64,000 nt of DNA from Macrostomum lignano (lineage: Eukaryota). Made by a program: the position numbers and the translations under genes. The notes under the pieces are model-generated. The model was not told the origin of the DNA and did not search any database. It saw only the letters and a program-made list of their open reading frames with translations. The stretch lies in the NCBI GenBank assembly GCA_002269645.1, contig NIVC01000853.1, positions 1 through 64,000 of the forward strand. Direction: 5' to 3'. Numbering within the stretch: the stretch's first letter is position 1; each line of letters begins with the position of its first letter. Positions 38,001-49,400 of the stretch are shown one piece after another.

Positions 38001-41000
38001 GAACCGCCACCACGCAGTTGAATCACGACGTCCCGACTGGCCGGTGTGTTCTCATTGTCCTCCACAATCAGGATACCGACCTCGTTCGCCGTAGGCAAGT
38101 TGTAGCGCCTGATTTTGAACGGAGTTTGTGGGATACAGAGTCTGTACAAATTGGATAATTGGATAATTTATTACGCAAAATATCTTATTAGAATGTCTTG
38201 CAGACATACCGAATGTGTTCCCCAGATGGTCGACGGTCAGGGTGAATTACGATTCGCGCATCTCCCAACTCCGGATCTTGACTGATTCGATGAGCGACTG
38301 CCCTCAGGCTGCGGACATAGCCGTTGCACTCGTGAAGCAGCGTCTGCAAAAGCTCCAGTAGCTCCGGCTTCACCTTCTGGCTGAGACTCTGGCGGCTTTC
38401 AAGTTCGCGATCATTGAAATACACCTGCCAGCCATGGGGCTCAGCTGAATCCTCTGCAAACAGCGGCGCCGTGTTGTGATGCAACTGGCCGCTGATGATG
38501 AAGCTGGGACACCAGCCTGGCACCAACCGCAGTTTGGCACCCAGCGATGTCAGGTGCAGCGCCGAGTTGTAACTCCGAATGTTGGTCAGGAACTCGGCAC
38601 TCATTCTGTGCCGCCCCAGGTACAGATCTGCCAGCACTTGAGGCACGGTGCGGCTGGGCAGCTTCACCTTGCCTTTGGCGCAGCAGAAATTCCTCGTCTC
38701 AGAGCACCAAAGTAATGCACCGCATTGGTCGCATGCTCTGTCCATTGGGCCACAGTTATGGGCTGGCGCTTCAGGCCTGATAATCCGTTCTGGCCTGTGA
38801 TTGGAAGGATTAGGATTAGGAAGGATTAATGGCAAACAGTTTTCCCAGTTAATCTTTCAGCTTACAAAAAAATTTATTGGAATAAAACAACTTGAGTTCG
38901 ATGACAAATAAATTATGATGACCAGTCACACCAATGACCTACCTCTCTTGAGCAGGTCTTGCGCCACAATGACCTGCACTCTGCTGAGTTAATCTTGGCT
39001 CCTCTGCATCTACAATGGGCTCAGAAACTGGAATCGGATTAGCAAATCGCAATGACTCATAATGCTCATGACGCAAAAGAATTCGGACGATTGCAATCGG
39101 TGGCTGCAAAGGGGACATACAGTACTGCAGTACAGTGCCGTTTTCTTGATAAATCACCAGATCAACATTAAAACAACGGCTTAAAAGCGGAACAACTTCA
39201 TCAGGCACATATGTGCCTTCAGAAAAAGAGGAATCAACAATGAAATCAGCATTTTCTGGCAAAACAAAGCCTTGTTCAATCAATTCTGGCATAATCTGCA
39301 CTACACGGCTCGTCAGCTCGTGTCTTAAAGATGCCGCATCGGTCTCAAGTGGAGTGCCCTGCAACTGGTCACAGACTGCATAAAAAAAACAGTTCCCATC
39401 ACCAGGAATGCGAATTATGCGCAACGCATCAAAAGGTACCACAGACGGTGTGGCCAACTCACTACTATCAAACCTGGAATATAGGAAAAAAATTATACAC
39501 AACTTCATTTGCCGGTAATTAAAGTAGTGACGAATAAATTTTATGCTATTCTATACTGATCTCTTAAATAAAACTCTTGGAAAGCAATCGACTTGAAAAG
39601 TTGAGAAAAAATGCACGAAACAGATTCCAGTTTTTAATTATATGCCCAAGTACCAATAAAACATCAGCTAAGATAGAAAATACCCCGAATTAGGCACAAT
39701 GGGCACTTGGATTTTATATAGCTATAAAATATATAGCTCCAATTAAAATGTCATCCTACCTGCCAGCCGACACTCCTCGACGGCGAATTTGCTCGGCTTC
39801 CACTCGAGCTCTTCGTTGCTCTTCGGTTTCTGAAGCGCGTCGCTTCTCCGCACGAGTTCTGTCTCCAGATTTACGCTCTTCTCGCTGAGCGTCGGTTTCC
39901 GTTGCCCTTCGCTCAGCCTCCTGCTGCCGGTGTCCAGCCAGCCGCTCTTCTCGCTGCGCGTCAGTCTCCATGGCCGTTCGCTCATTCTTCTGCTGCCGCA
40001 GTCCAGCCAGCCGCTCCTCTCGCTGAACGGCACTCTGTTGCTGACGCTTCTTCTTGGCATCTCTGCTCTTCTTCAATGCGCTGGTGCCACGTCGAGCCAT
40101 ATTGGAATTCAAATTGAAAGATAAGAATTTTGAGTTATAATGAAAAGAAAGGATAGTAGGGGTTGTGTGCGAGAAAAGAGAAAGGTATGAAGTCTATAAT
40201 GTCACGCGTTTTAAACTCAGCAACAACCCAATCCCAAAAAGCTGGACACCATTTGTACACTGTTAGACTGTCAGTGTGTACAGCAAGCCTAAATTCTCTC
40301 CAATACCCGCCTGCTAATTGGTCAGGACTTTTTTATTATTCAATACTCTCTCTCAAACACCTAACTCTAACTCTCCTATGTGAAAGGATTCAGATAAATT
40401 TTCTGAACTGGAGGCGCAAGCCTCAGTAGCCAATGTACATCTATCTCTGTGGCACTTTTGGACTTTTTTATAATCAGACGGTTTTATTACATTTTGGAGG
40501 GTCAGTCTCAACATGGTTCGTATATTGTGAATCAATTAGATACTGTATATATGTGCATGTATTTCACTCTCTCACTATCCCTCTCTCCAGCATTTAAAGT
40601 TAGTATGTCAATTGTGCACGGGGACATTTTATAATGTACAATCTTTTCTCGCAGTCTACATTTATAGTTCTCTAGCCTGGCGACAAAAAATACTACTTTA
40701 CTGGGCGCTGCAAAGTTCAATTCCAATAAGAATGGCTCACAGTAGGAAGTTCTGCTTGACCCTTGCAGAAAGTGTTTTCAACACTGTGACGCAATTCAAG
40801 GCGGAGATACAATTCAGCTGTTATGCAATCTTTATCACAATCAGAATTCAGTCAGTCAGTTTTTTCTCTAGCATTTTTACAATGCATTTCAGGTCGAAAG
40901 AGCTGCTTGACCTTTGCAAAAAAGCATGTTTTTCGAATATTTAATACCTTTAACATTGAGCAATTTCTTAGCCAAGATGCATGTACCGTCCCAGGAAAAT

Positions 41001-41097
41001 TTCTGATCGAATGGTGCAAGTTTGAAGAAAATCGATTGAGCCAATTTTTCTGAAATCTATCGCATACCCACAGACAACTCATTTTTAGTATATAGGA
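32005..41097 (-). mobile_element. Helitron copy 3 (9093 bp), a diverged variant and the 5'-most unit of the array
   Basis: 5' TC at 41097 is preceded by a host A (41098); scattered SNPs, a shorter 23-bp array, two fewer 69-bp coding repeats, and a deletion of about 275 bp near the 5' end. Confidence 0.96.
33951..40100 (-). CDS. Helitron RepHel transposase, copy 3 (9 exons; 46 aa shorter in exon 1)
   Basis: Same exon set and motifs; substitutions include FTG>FTE in the helicase and DEN>DEI in exon 6. Confidence 0.88.
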
Positions 41098-41230
41098 TAT
41101 GGTAACAACATGCCTAAACTATGCAGAAAATTATACGGCTTTTTAGTGAAGGATTGGGAAAATGTTTATGTATATAACAACTACTCGTAATGATGCAGAA
41201 GCAGATTAAAGGAATGATAAGCTATGACAC

Positions 41231-42415
41231 CTGAGGCTCTCAGCGGCCCACTGCACTCGCTACCCTCTTCAACACTGAGGCTTTCAGCGGGCCACTCGCT
41301 ACCCTCTTCCACACTGAGGCTTTCAGCGGGCCACTCGCTACCCTCTTCAACACTGAGGCTTTCAGCGGGCCACTCGCTACCCCCTTCCACACTGAGGCTT
41401 TCAGCGGGCCACTCGCTATCGCTACCCCCTTCCACACTGAGGCTTTCAGCAGGCCACTCGCTATCGCTACCCCCTTCCACACTGAGGCTTTCAGCAGGCC
41501 ACTCGCTACCCTCTTCAACACTGAGGCTTTCAGCGGGCCACTCGCTACCCCCTTCCACACTGAGGCTTTCAGCAGGCCACTCGCTATCGCTACCCCCTTC
41601 CACACTGAGGCTTTCAGCAGGCCACTCGCTATCGCTACCCCCTTCCACACTGAGGCTTTCAGCAGGCCACTCGCTACCCCCTTCCACACTGAGGCTTTCA
41701 GCAGGCCACTCGCTACCCCCTTCCACACTGAGGCTTTCAGCGGCCCACTCGCTACCCTCTTCCACACTGAGGCTTTCAGCGGGCCACTCACTACCCCCTT
41801 CCACACTGAGGCTTTCAGTGGGCCACTCGCTACCCCCTTCCACACTGAGGCTTTCAGCGGGCCACTCGCTACCCTCTTCAACACTGAGGCTTTCAGCGGG
41901 CCACTCGCTACCCCCTTCCACACTGAGGCTTTCAGCGGGCCACTCGCTATCGCTACCCCCTTCCACACTGAGGCTTTCAGCAGGCCACTCGCTATCGCTA
42001 CCCCCTTCCACACTGAGGCTTTCAGCAGGCCACTCGCTACCCTCTTCAACACTGAGGCTTTCAGCGGGCCACTCGCTACCCCCTTCCACACTGAGGCTTT
42101 CAGCGGGCCACTCGCTATCGCTACCCCCTTCCACACTGAGGCTTTCAGCAGGCCACTCGCTATCGCTACCCCCTTCCACACTGAGGCTTTCAGCAGGCCA
42201 CTCGCTACCCCCTTCCACACTGAGGCTTTCAGCAGGCCACTCGCTACCCCCTTCCACACTGAGGCTTTCAGCAGGCCACTCGCTACCCCCTTCCACACTG
42301 AGGCTTTCAGCGGCCCACTCGCTACCCTCTTCCACACTGAGGCTTTCAGCGGGCCACTCACTACCCCCTTCCACACTGAGGCTTTCAGTGGGCCACTCGC
42401 TACCCTCTTCCACAC
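41231..42415. repeat. 39/45-bp minisatellite CACTGAGGCTTTCAGCGGGCCACTCGCTACCCCCTTCCA with a 570-bp higher-order duplication
   Basis: The same variant block occurs at 41761 and 42331; 570 = 14x39 + 4x6. Confidence 0.93.
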
Positions 42416-42828
42416 CTGAATTAATGAGAAAAAGAGCATCAAATTGGGACAAGAATTATAAGACATCATCACGATTCAATTCGGCATGGTAAACGAAATA
42501 AAGCAGCCAGCCACAGACCTCTGCAGCACCGAAATTCCACACTGTCCCACTCAAACAAAGACGAGAAATGAAAACTGCATAGCAAATTCTTAACTCATTG
42601 GCTTATAACAAATAAGTCTTCGTTACTGGCTGAGTTCTGCTCTAATTGGTTACGCAAGCGCAGGGGCGCACATGGAACTTCGGCCGAGGGAATTTAGATA
42701 AGGCTAAAGTCCCTCATTGTTACTCCAAAGTTCGAGTCACACGGTGGACAGAAAGGGGATAAAATATGATTGAGAGGGAATTAAGATTGCCAGGGCCCCA
42801 ACCCCCCAAAAGCCACCAGGCCTGGCAA

Positions 42829-42834
42829 TATAAA
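42829..42834 (+). promoter_or_regulatory. Candidate TATA box for the homeobox gene
   Basis: TATAAA about 90 bp upstream of ATG 42922; AATAAA at 43521-43526 downstream of the stop. Confidence 0.4.
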
Positions 42835-42921
42835 CCCCAGTCCAACACTTGGGATCCATAAATTGCCCCGCGAGCGAACTGAGTCGAGTTCTGGCTCTTC
42901 AAGAAATTTTCCTTTCGCAAC

Positions 42922-43356
42922 ATGGTTTCCCCTGGTAGCAGCTACCACCAGCAGCAGCAGCAGCAGCCTCGCGCTCTGCCAGTCGCCTGCCTAGCGGTGC
43001 TGGAGGCCTGGACCGCCCACGCCAGCCTGCGGCGCTACCCGACCCGCGCGGAGCGCCAATTCCTGGCCGAGGTGACCGGCCTGACCGTCAAGCAGGTGAC
43101 CACCTGGCTGAACAACCGGCGCCACCGGGCCGGCCAGGCCCGCCAGATTAAGCGCCGGAAGCGGCGGTCGGCTGAGACGCCGACGCCGACGGTGGACGAT
43201 GCTGAGGCAGCCAAGGACCGGCGGCAGCTGCCGGCGGCGGATCGGGAGGCCGGCGGTGAAGATCGGCATCGGGAAGCCGCTGTGGCGGCCATCATGTCGG
43301 AGCCGGTGCCTCCTGAAATTGTCGACTTTGTGCTGGCGTACCAGCGAGCTGTTTGA
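42922..43356 (+). CDS. Intronless TALE-class homeodomain protein, 144 aa, divergent
   Basis: VLEAWTAHASLRRYPTRAERQFLAEVTGLTVKQVTTWLNNRRHR has 8 residues between W and YP (three-residue loop extension); GC-rich codons; N-terminal poly-Q. Confidence 0.85.
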   Translation: MVSPGSSYHQQQQQQPRALPVACLAVLEAWTAHASLRRYPTRAERQFLAEVTGLTVKQVTTWLNNRRHRAGQARQIKRRKRRSAETPTPTVDDAEAAKDRRQLPAADREAGGEDRHREAAVAAIMSEPVPPEIVDFVLAYQRAV

Positions 43357-43664
43357 TTTCTCAAGAGTAATATTACCTTACCTTTTCTGTAATATGCATA
43401 TTTATTACATATATAATATCTTCTTTGTTTTGCATCAATTCTTTCACCGGCTTAGATTTCTATAATTTGCTTGCTAATCAAAATTGACATAATTGCATCA
43501 TTGTAAATAGAGACAAATTAAATAAAAGTGCTGTGTTGATTGTCTGCAGTTTGGCTTTCTGCTTTTTGGCATGGTTTTTTGAATCGCTATAAATATTGCT
43601 TTTCAATTCCGTCTTCAGTTAGCAGTTCAGACTGTGTGCCGATATAAAAATCTAAAACAGACTA

Positions 43665-44945
43665 ATCTCCTGCATCTCACTCTACTCTCCTGCATGTCAC
43701 TCTACTCTCCTGCATATCACTCTACTCTCCTGCATATCACTCTACTCTCCTGCATGTCACTCTACTCTCCTGCATATCACTCTACTCTCCTGCATATCAC
43801 TCTACTCTCCTGCATGTCACTCTACTCTCCTGCATATCACTCTACTCTCCTGCATATCACTCTACTCTCCTGCATGTCACTCTACTCTCCTGCATGTCAC
43901 TCTACTCTCCTGCATGTCACTCTACTCTCCTACATGTCACTCTACTCTCCTGCATGTCACTCTACTCTCCTGCATGTCACTCTATTCTCCTGCATGTCAC
44001 TCTATTCTCCTGCATGTCACTCTATTCTCCTGCATGTCACTCTACTCTCCTGCATGTCACTCTATTCTCCTGCATGTCACTCTACTCTCCTGCATGTCAC
44101 TCTATTCTCCTGCATGTCACTCTACTCTCCTGCATGTCACTCTATTCTCCTGCATGTCACTCTACTCTCCTGCATGTCACTCTACTATCACTCCTGTGTC
44201 TCACTCTACTCTCCTGCATGTAACTCTACTATCACTCCTGTGTCTCACTCTACTCTCACTCCTGCATCTCACTCTACTCTCACTCCTGTGTCTCTACTCT
44301 CACTCCTGCATCTCACTCTACTCTCCTGCATGTCACTCTACTCTCCTGCATCTCACTCTACTCTCCTGCATGTCACTGTACTCTCCTGCATGTCACTCTA
44401 CTCTCCTGCATGTCACTCTACTCTCCTGCATCTCACTCTACTCTCCTGCATGTCACTCTACTCTCCTGCATGTCACTCTACTCTCCTGCATGTCACTCTA
44501 CTCTCCTGCATGTCACTCTACTCTCCTGTATCTCACTCTACTCTCCTGTATCTCACTCTACTCTCCTGCATGTCACTCTACTATCACTCCTGTGTCTCAC
44601 TCTACTCTCCTGCATGTCACTCTACTCTCACTCCTGTGTCTCACTCTACTCTCACTCCTGCATCTCACTCTACTCTCACTCCTGTGTCTCTACTCTCACT
44701 CCTGTGTCTCACTCTACTCTCACTCCTGTGTCTCTACTCTCACTCCTGTGTCTCACTCTACTCTCACTCCTGTGTCTCACTCTACTCTCACTCCTGCATC
44801 TCACTCTACTCTCACTCCTGTGTCTCACTCTACTCTCACTCCTGTGTCTCTACTTTCACTCCTGCATCTCACTCTACTCTCACTCCTGTGTCTCACTCTA
44901 CTCTCACTCCTGTGTCTCACTCTACTCTCACTTCTGTATCTCACC
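43665..44945. repeat. 20-bp minisatellite TCACTCTACTCTCCTGCATG grading into a 24-bp variant
   Basis: Tandem copies read directly. Confidence 0.95.
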
Positions 44946-45766
44946 CTCTCGTTCACTCTCTTTCCTCCCTCTAGTCTCCCTACTTCTTCTCCTCTACCCC
45001 CACTCACTCTCTCTATACCTCTCTTTCCCTCGATCTCTTCTTCGCCTCCCTCTCTCCCCCTTTTTGCAATCCGCGACTGAAATTAGCAAGTTTTCCTGCT
45101 TGCTAAGTCAATGTGTCCATCTCACACCCTCTCCTCTCGCTCTCCCCTTCATCCCAGCTAGTTCTCAATTCTAAGAATTCCAATTGCATTGTTCAACTTG
45201 TGCCCACAACTCCATTGTCTGTTCTGGTGCACTGGTGATATTTGATATCCGATGCACTTCAGCTCCGTGCGTCATAGCCAGCCGCTGGCGCTGCCCATCT
45301 GCAGAAGTCGGTATTAAAGAGCGTGGCAAGTCTGGAAAGCCGTCCTCAATTTAGTCAGACTTAAGCTTGGAAATCGCCTCCGACTTTCCATATATGGAAG
45401 CCAGGGTATTCTCCAGCACAATCCAAATCTGCACGCCAAACTTTTGAATCGCCCACCAGCCAGAGAGACCAACAAAGCCCCCCACGTGTTGGGCATTAAG
45501 CGCTAAGTCTCGACTATTTGACCTGTAAAATACGAGGTGCTCAAATTTATCCAAATCCATCTTATGCCCCATGCATACTGTAGATTCTGAATTGGTGGGC
45601 GCAGGCTAAAAGGTATAAGGATTAAACAGAATATAGCTTTGAATATAGATTCAAAAGCAACTTCAAAAGAGGGAGTGGAGAAGCAAAATTTATTGAATTT
45701 GTAATCAAAGTCCCTTCAGTGGATGGAAGCGAGTATTGCTCATGATAAATTCAAAATAAGCGCCCA

Positions 45767-46428
45767 TGATATAAGCGCCCATGATATAAGCGCTCATGAA
45801 ATAAGCGCCCATGATATAAGCGCTCATGATATAAGCGCCCATGATATAAGCGCCCATGATATAAGCGCCCATGATATAAGCGCCCATGATATAAGCGCTC
45901 ATGAAATAAGCGCCCATGATATAAGCGCTCATGATATAAGCGCCCATGATATAAGCGCTCATGATATAAGCGCCCATGATATAAGCGCCCATGATATAAG
46001 CGCTCATGATATAAGCGCCCATGATATAAGCGCTCATGATATAAGCGCCCATGATATAAGCGCTCATGATATAAGCGCTCATGAAATAAGCGCCCATGAT
46101 ATAAGCGCCCATGATATAAGCGCCCATGATATAAGCTTGAATGCTATAAGCATGAATGATAAAAGCTTCAATGAGACAAGCGCCCATGATATAAGCGCCC
46201 ATGATATAGCTTGAATGCTATAAGCTTGAATGATATAAGCTTCAATGAGACAAGCGCTTATGATATAAGCACCCATGATATAAGCTGGAATGATATAAGC
46301 TTGAATGCTATAATCTGGAATGATATAAGCTTCAATGATATAAGCTTCAATGATATAAGCTTCAATGAGACAAGCACCCATGATATAAGCGCCCATGATA
46401 TAAGCACCCATGATATAAGCTTGAATGC
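45767..46428. repeat. 15-bp satellite ATGATATAAGCGCCC, left part (resumes at 51063-51320 after the LTR element)
   Basis: Tandem copies; the same variants continue across the retrotransposon insertion. Confidence 0.95.
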
Positions 46429-49400
46429 TGAGGTGCCGGGCGTGTTTTGATGTACTGCACTGCACCTGACTCACCTGAGTCCAATTATGAGTAACTCTAA
46501 CTAGCCAGCCAGCCTAACTAACCAAACCGGCCTACTCCGGTGTACGCTGCTCTGCGTACTTTTTCTCTCTCTCCCCCTTGACATGATAATATTCAGTAGT
46601 GATCGATTCTGAGTTTTAAGCCCACTTACTTGTTGTCTTTTAAGCCTATATATTGGTCTCGCCACCTACCACCTCGTATCTCACAATCATTGCAATAATT
46701 CGCTCATCTCAAATACATAACTTCGTACTTGACTCAAACCAAGCCCACGGGCGGCCTTGTCATCGTTTACTGGGCGCGACTTGACAATGGCGTCGCAAGC
46801 AAACAACTCCGAACTAAACTTGGATGACCCAGACACAGCCGAAGCCTGGCTGCTCAGCTTTGCGGCTGCCGCACGAACCAAGAAACTGACGGACACAGAA
46901 GAAGATCGGCAGATCACCGATCTATTCCTCGCCAGGGCAGGTCTCAAGGCACTGAGAACGCTGTCCCTCATGGCTGCCCCGACCAGCCTGGAGGAAAAAA
47001 CATTTGAACAAATTCGAGACATCATCAAGGAGACAATCCGGCCCAAGAAGCGCCTCGATATTGCCGAACGAGCAAAATTCCTCGCCCTCAGGCAGGACCC
47101 AAGCGAAAGTGTCGCCTCCTACTACCGCCGACTCCGTGCAGCAGCGGCTACGTGTAGCTTTGAGAAGCTCGGGACGAAACAGTCAAGCGAGGACGAGCTC
47201 ATCACCATGCGGCTCGTGGACGGACTCGCCTCTGTGGACCACAAACATAGACTGTTGGAGAGAATGCAAGCTACCGACATGCTGCTGAACGAGGTGCTGC
47301 AAACACTTGAGCAACTTGAGCAAATCCGCTGCTACAACACCAGCACCGGGGCCGCTGCCAACACCGAGGCCAGCATCGCCTATGCAGGGCGGCGCGGCAC
47401 GCCCCCACAGCCAGCGCCGGACACCAGACCACCGAGGAACATCAGCAAGACGAAGTGCCAATATTGCGGCGGTTTGCACCAGCAAGGCGCATGCCCTGCG
47501 TTCGGCAAGCGGTGCACCGCCTGCAACAAGAAAAACCACTTCGCTGCCGTATGCAGGTCCCGCACCGTGCATCTAGAGACCTGGGAGGAGAACGAAGGCG
47601 CCGAGATGGAGCGAGATACCGCCAACGTCTTCGTCATCAGACCGGAGCGCAGAGTGCGGAACGGCATCTTCCGGCAGGTCAAAATCAACGGCAAGGAGCT
47701 GCAAATGCAGGTAGACACGGGCGCTGATGTGAGTCTCATTCCACGGGGCCACTGGGAGACACTTGGATGCCCAGCACTGAGGAAATCCAGACGAATTCTG
47801 AGACAGTTCGACGGATCGATCATAAGAACCCTGGGAGAGTTCACTGCCACGTGGGATGACCAAGAAAAGTTCCGCACAGTCGACTTGGTGGTCACAGCAG
47901 CGCGCAAGTCACATGGACTGCTGGGTCTTGACAATCTGGATTGGAACCCCGAAGGCCAGGCAGCCAGTGCTCAGGATTCCGTAGTTCAACATCTCGATTG
48001 TCTGAAAGGCTTCCAGGCCAGGATCAAGCTGATTGAGGGTGCCAAGCCTTTCTACTGCGCAGCCAGAGCAGTGCCGCTGCACCTGCGTGACCGCGTCAAT
48101 CAGGAGCTAAAGCGTCTCGTGACTGAGGGCATCATCGAGCCAGTGACGGAGGGCGGCAGCGAATGGGCGTCCCCGATCGTCTGCGTCCTAAAACCTAATG
48201 GCAATGTCAGAATTTGCGCCGACTACAAAGCGGGGGTCAACCATCAGGTGTGCGGGGACACCTACCCCATGCCAACCGTCGAAACGATCTTCTCGGACGT
48301 TGCCGGAATGACTGACTTTGCCACTCTCGACCTATCTGACGCCTACTTACAGATCGAGCTCGAGGAGAAGAGCAGGGAGGTCACCACGATTGCAACTCCT
48401 TTAGGGCTGTTCCGCTACACCCGACTAGTGCCTGGCCTCAAGTCAGCATCCGCCATCTTTCAAAAGGCAATGGAGACCACCCTCGAGGACGTAAGCGGCA
48501 AGGTCATTTATCAAGACGACATCCTTATCGGAGGTCAATCTGCCGAGGGTCTCAAGGCCAAAGTTGATGAAGTAATCAAGACCCTACAGGCGGCCGGCAT
48601 GAATATAAATCTCGCCAAATCCAACCTGGGGGCCAAGACAGTCAAGTTCCTGGGCTACAGAATCAGCGCAGACGGAATCTCGCCAGACCCCGGCCTGGTC
48701 AGCAAAATCATGGAGATCTCCGCGCCACGCGACCGTCGCCAGTTAGAGTCGTTCCTTGGTCTCTGCAATTTCTTCGGAAGGTTTGTCAACAACTATGCGC
48801 ACGTTGTCGAGCCTTTGAACCAGCTGCGCAAGAAGGGAGCGGAGTTTGTGTGGGGAGCTGCGCAAGAAGCGGCCTTCCACCAGCTGAAGAAGCTGCTGAG
48901 CTCCGGCCCGATCATCCAGCCTTATGACCGAGCCAAAGAGACAACGCTGACGACAGACGCCAGTGAAAAGGCGGTGGCCGCCGTGCTCACGCAGGAAGGG
49001 CACCCCGTCATCTACTTCAGCCGGCGATTGACACAGGCGGAGGCGCGCTACTCCAACATCGAGCGGGAGGCTCTGGCGATTGTTTGGGCGATGGAGAGGG
49101 CTCGACAATTCCTTCTAGGCAAGCGTTTCACACTGCGAACGGACCACCGCCCTCTAGAGTTCCTGTTTGGAACAAGACAACAACTCCCCAAGGTCGCCAA
49201 CGCTCGACTGCTGCGCTGGGCCATCCGCCTCATGGGGTTCGACTTCGCAATTGAGTACGTCCGAGGAACCCAAATTCCGCACGCCGATGCGCTCTCCCGG
49301 CTCGACTTTGCCGACGTTCCGGACGACCAGGCTGAAGCTGCGACTCACCACCACCACCTGGTGCATTGGGCTGGTGAAAGCATCATTGGTTGGAATGAGC

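Noticed and set aside
41181-42492. Three ORFs of 410-423 aa
   Set aside because: They result from 39/45-bp repeat units (multiples of 3, no stops) open on both strands; no domain content
43634-45174. ORFs of 254-446 aa rich in Leu, Ser and His
   Set aside because: Translations of the 20/24-bp satellite
45705-46474. ISAHD / IMGAY repeat ORFs
   Set aside because: Translations of the 15-bp satellite
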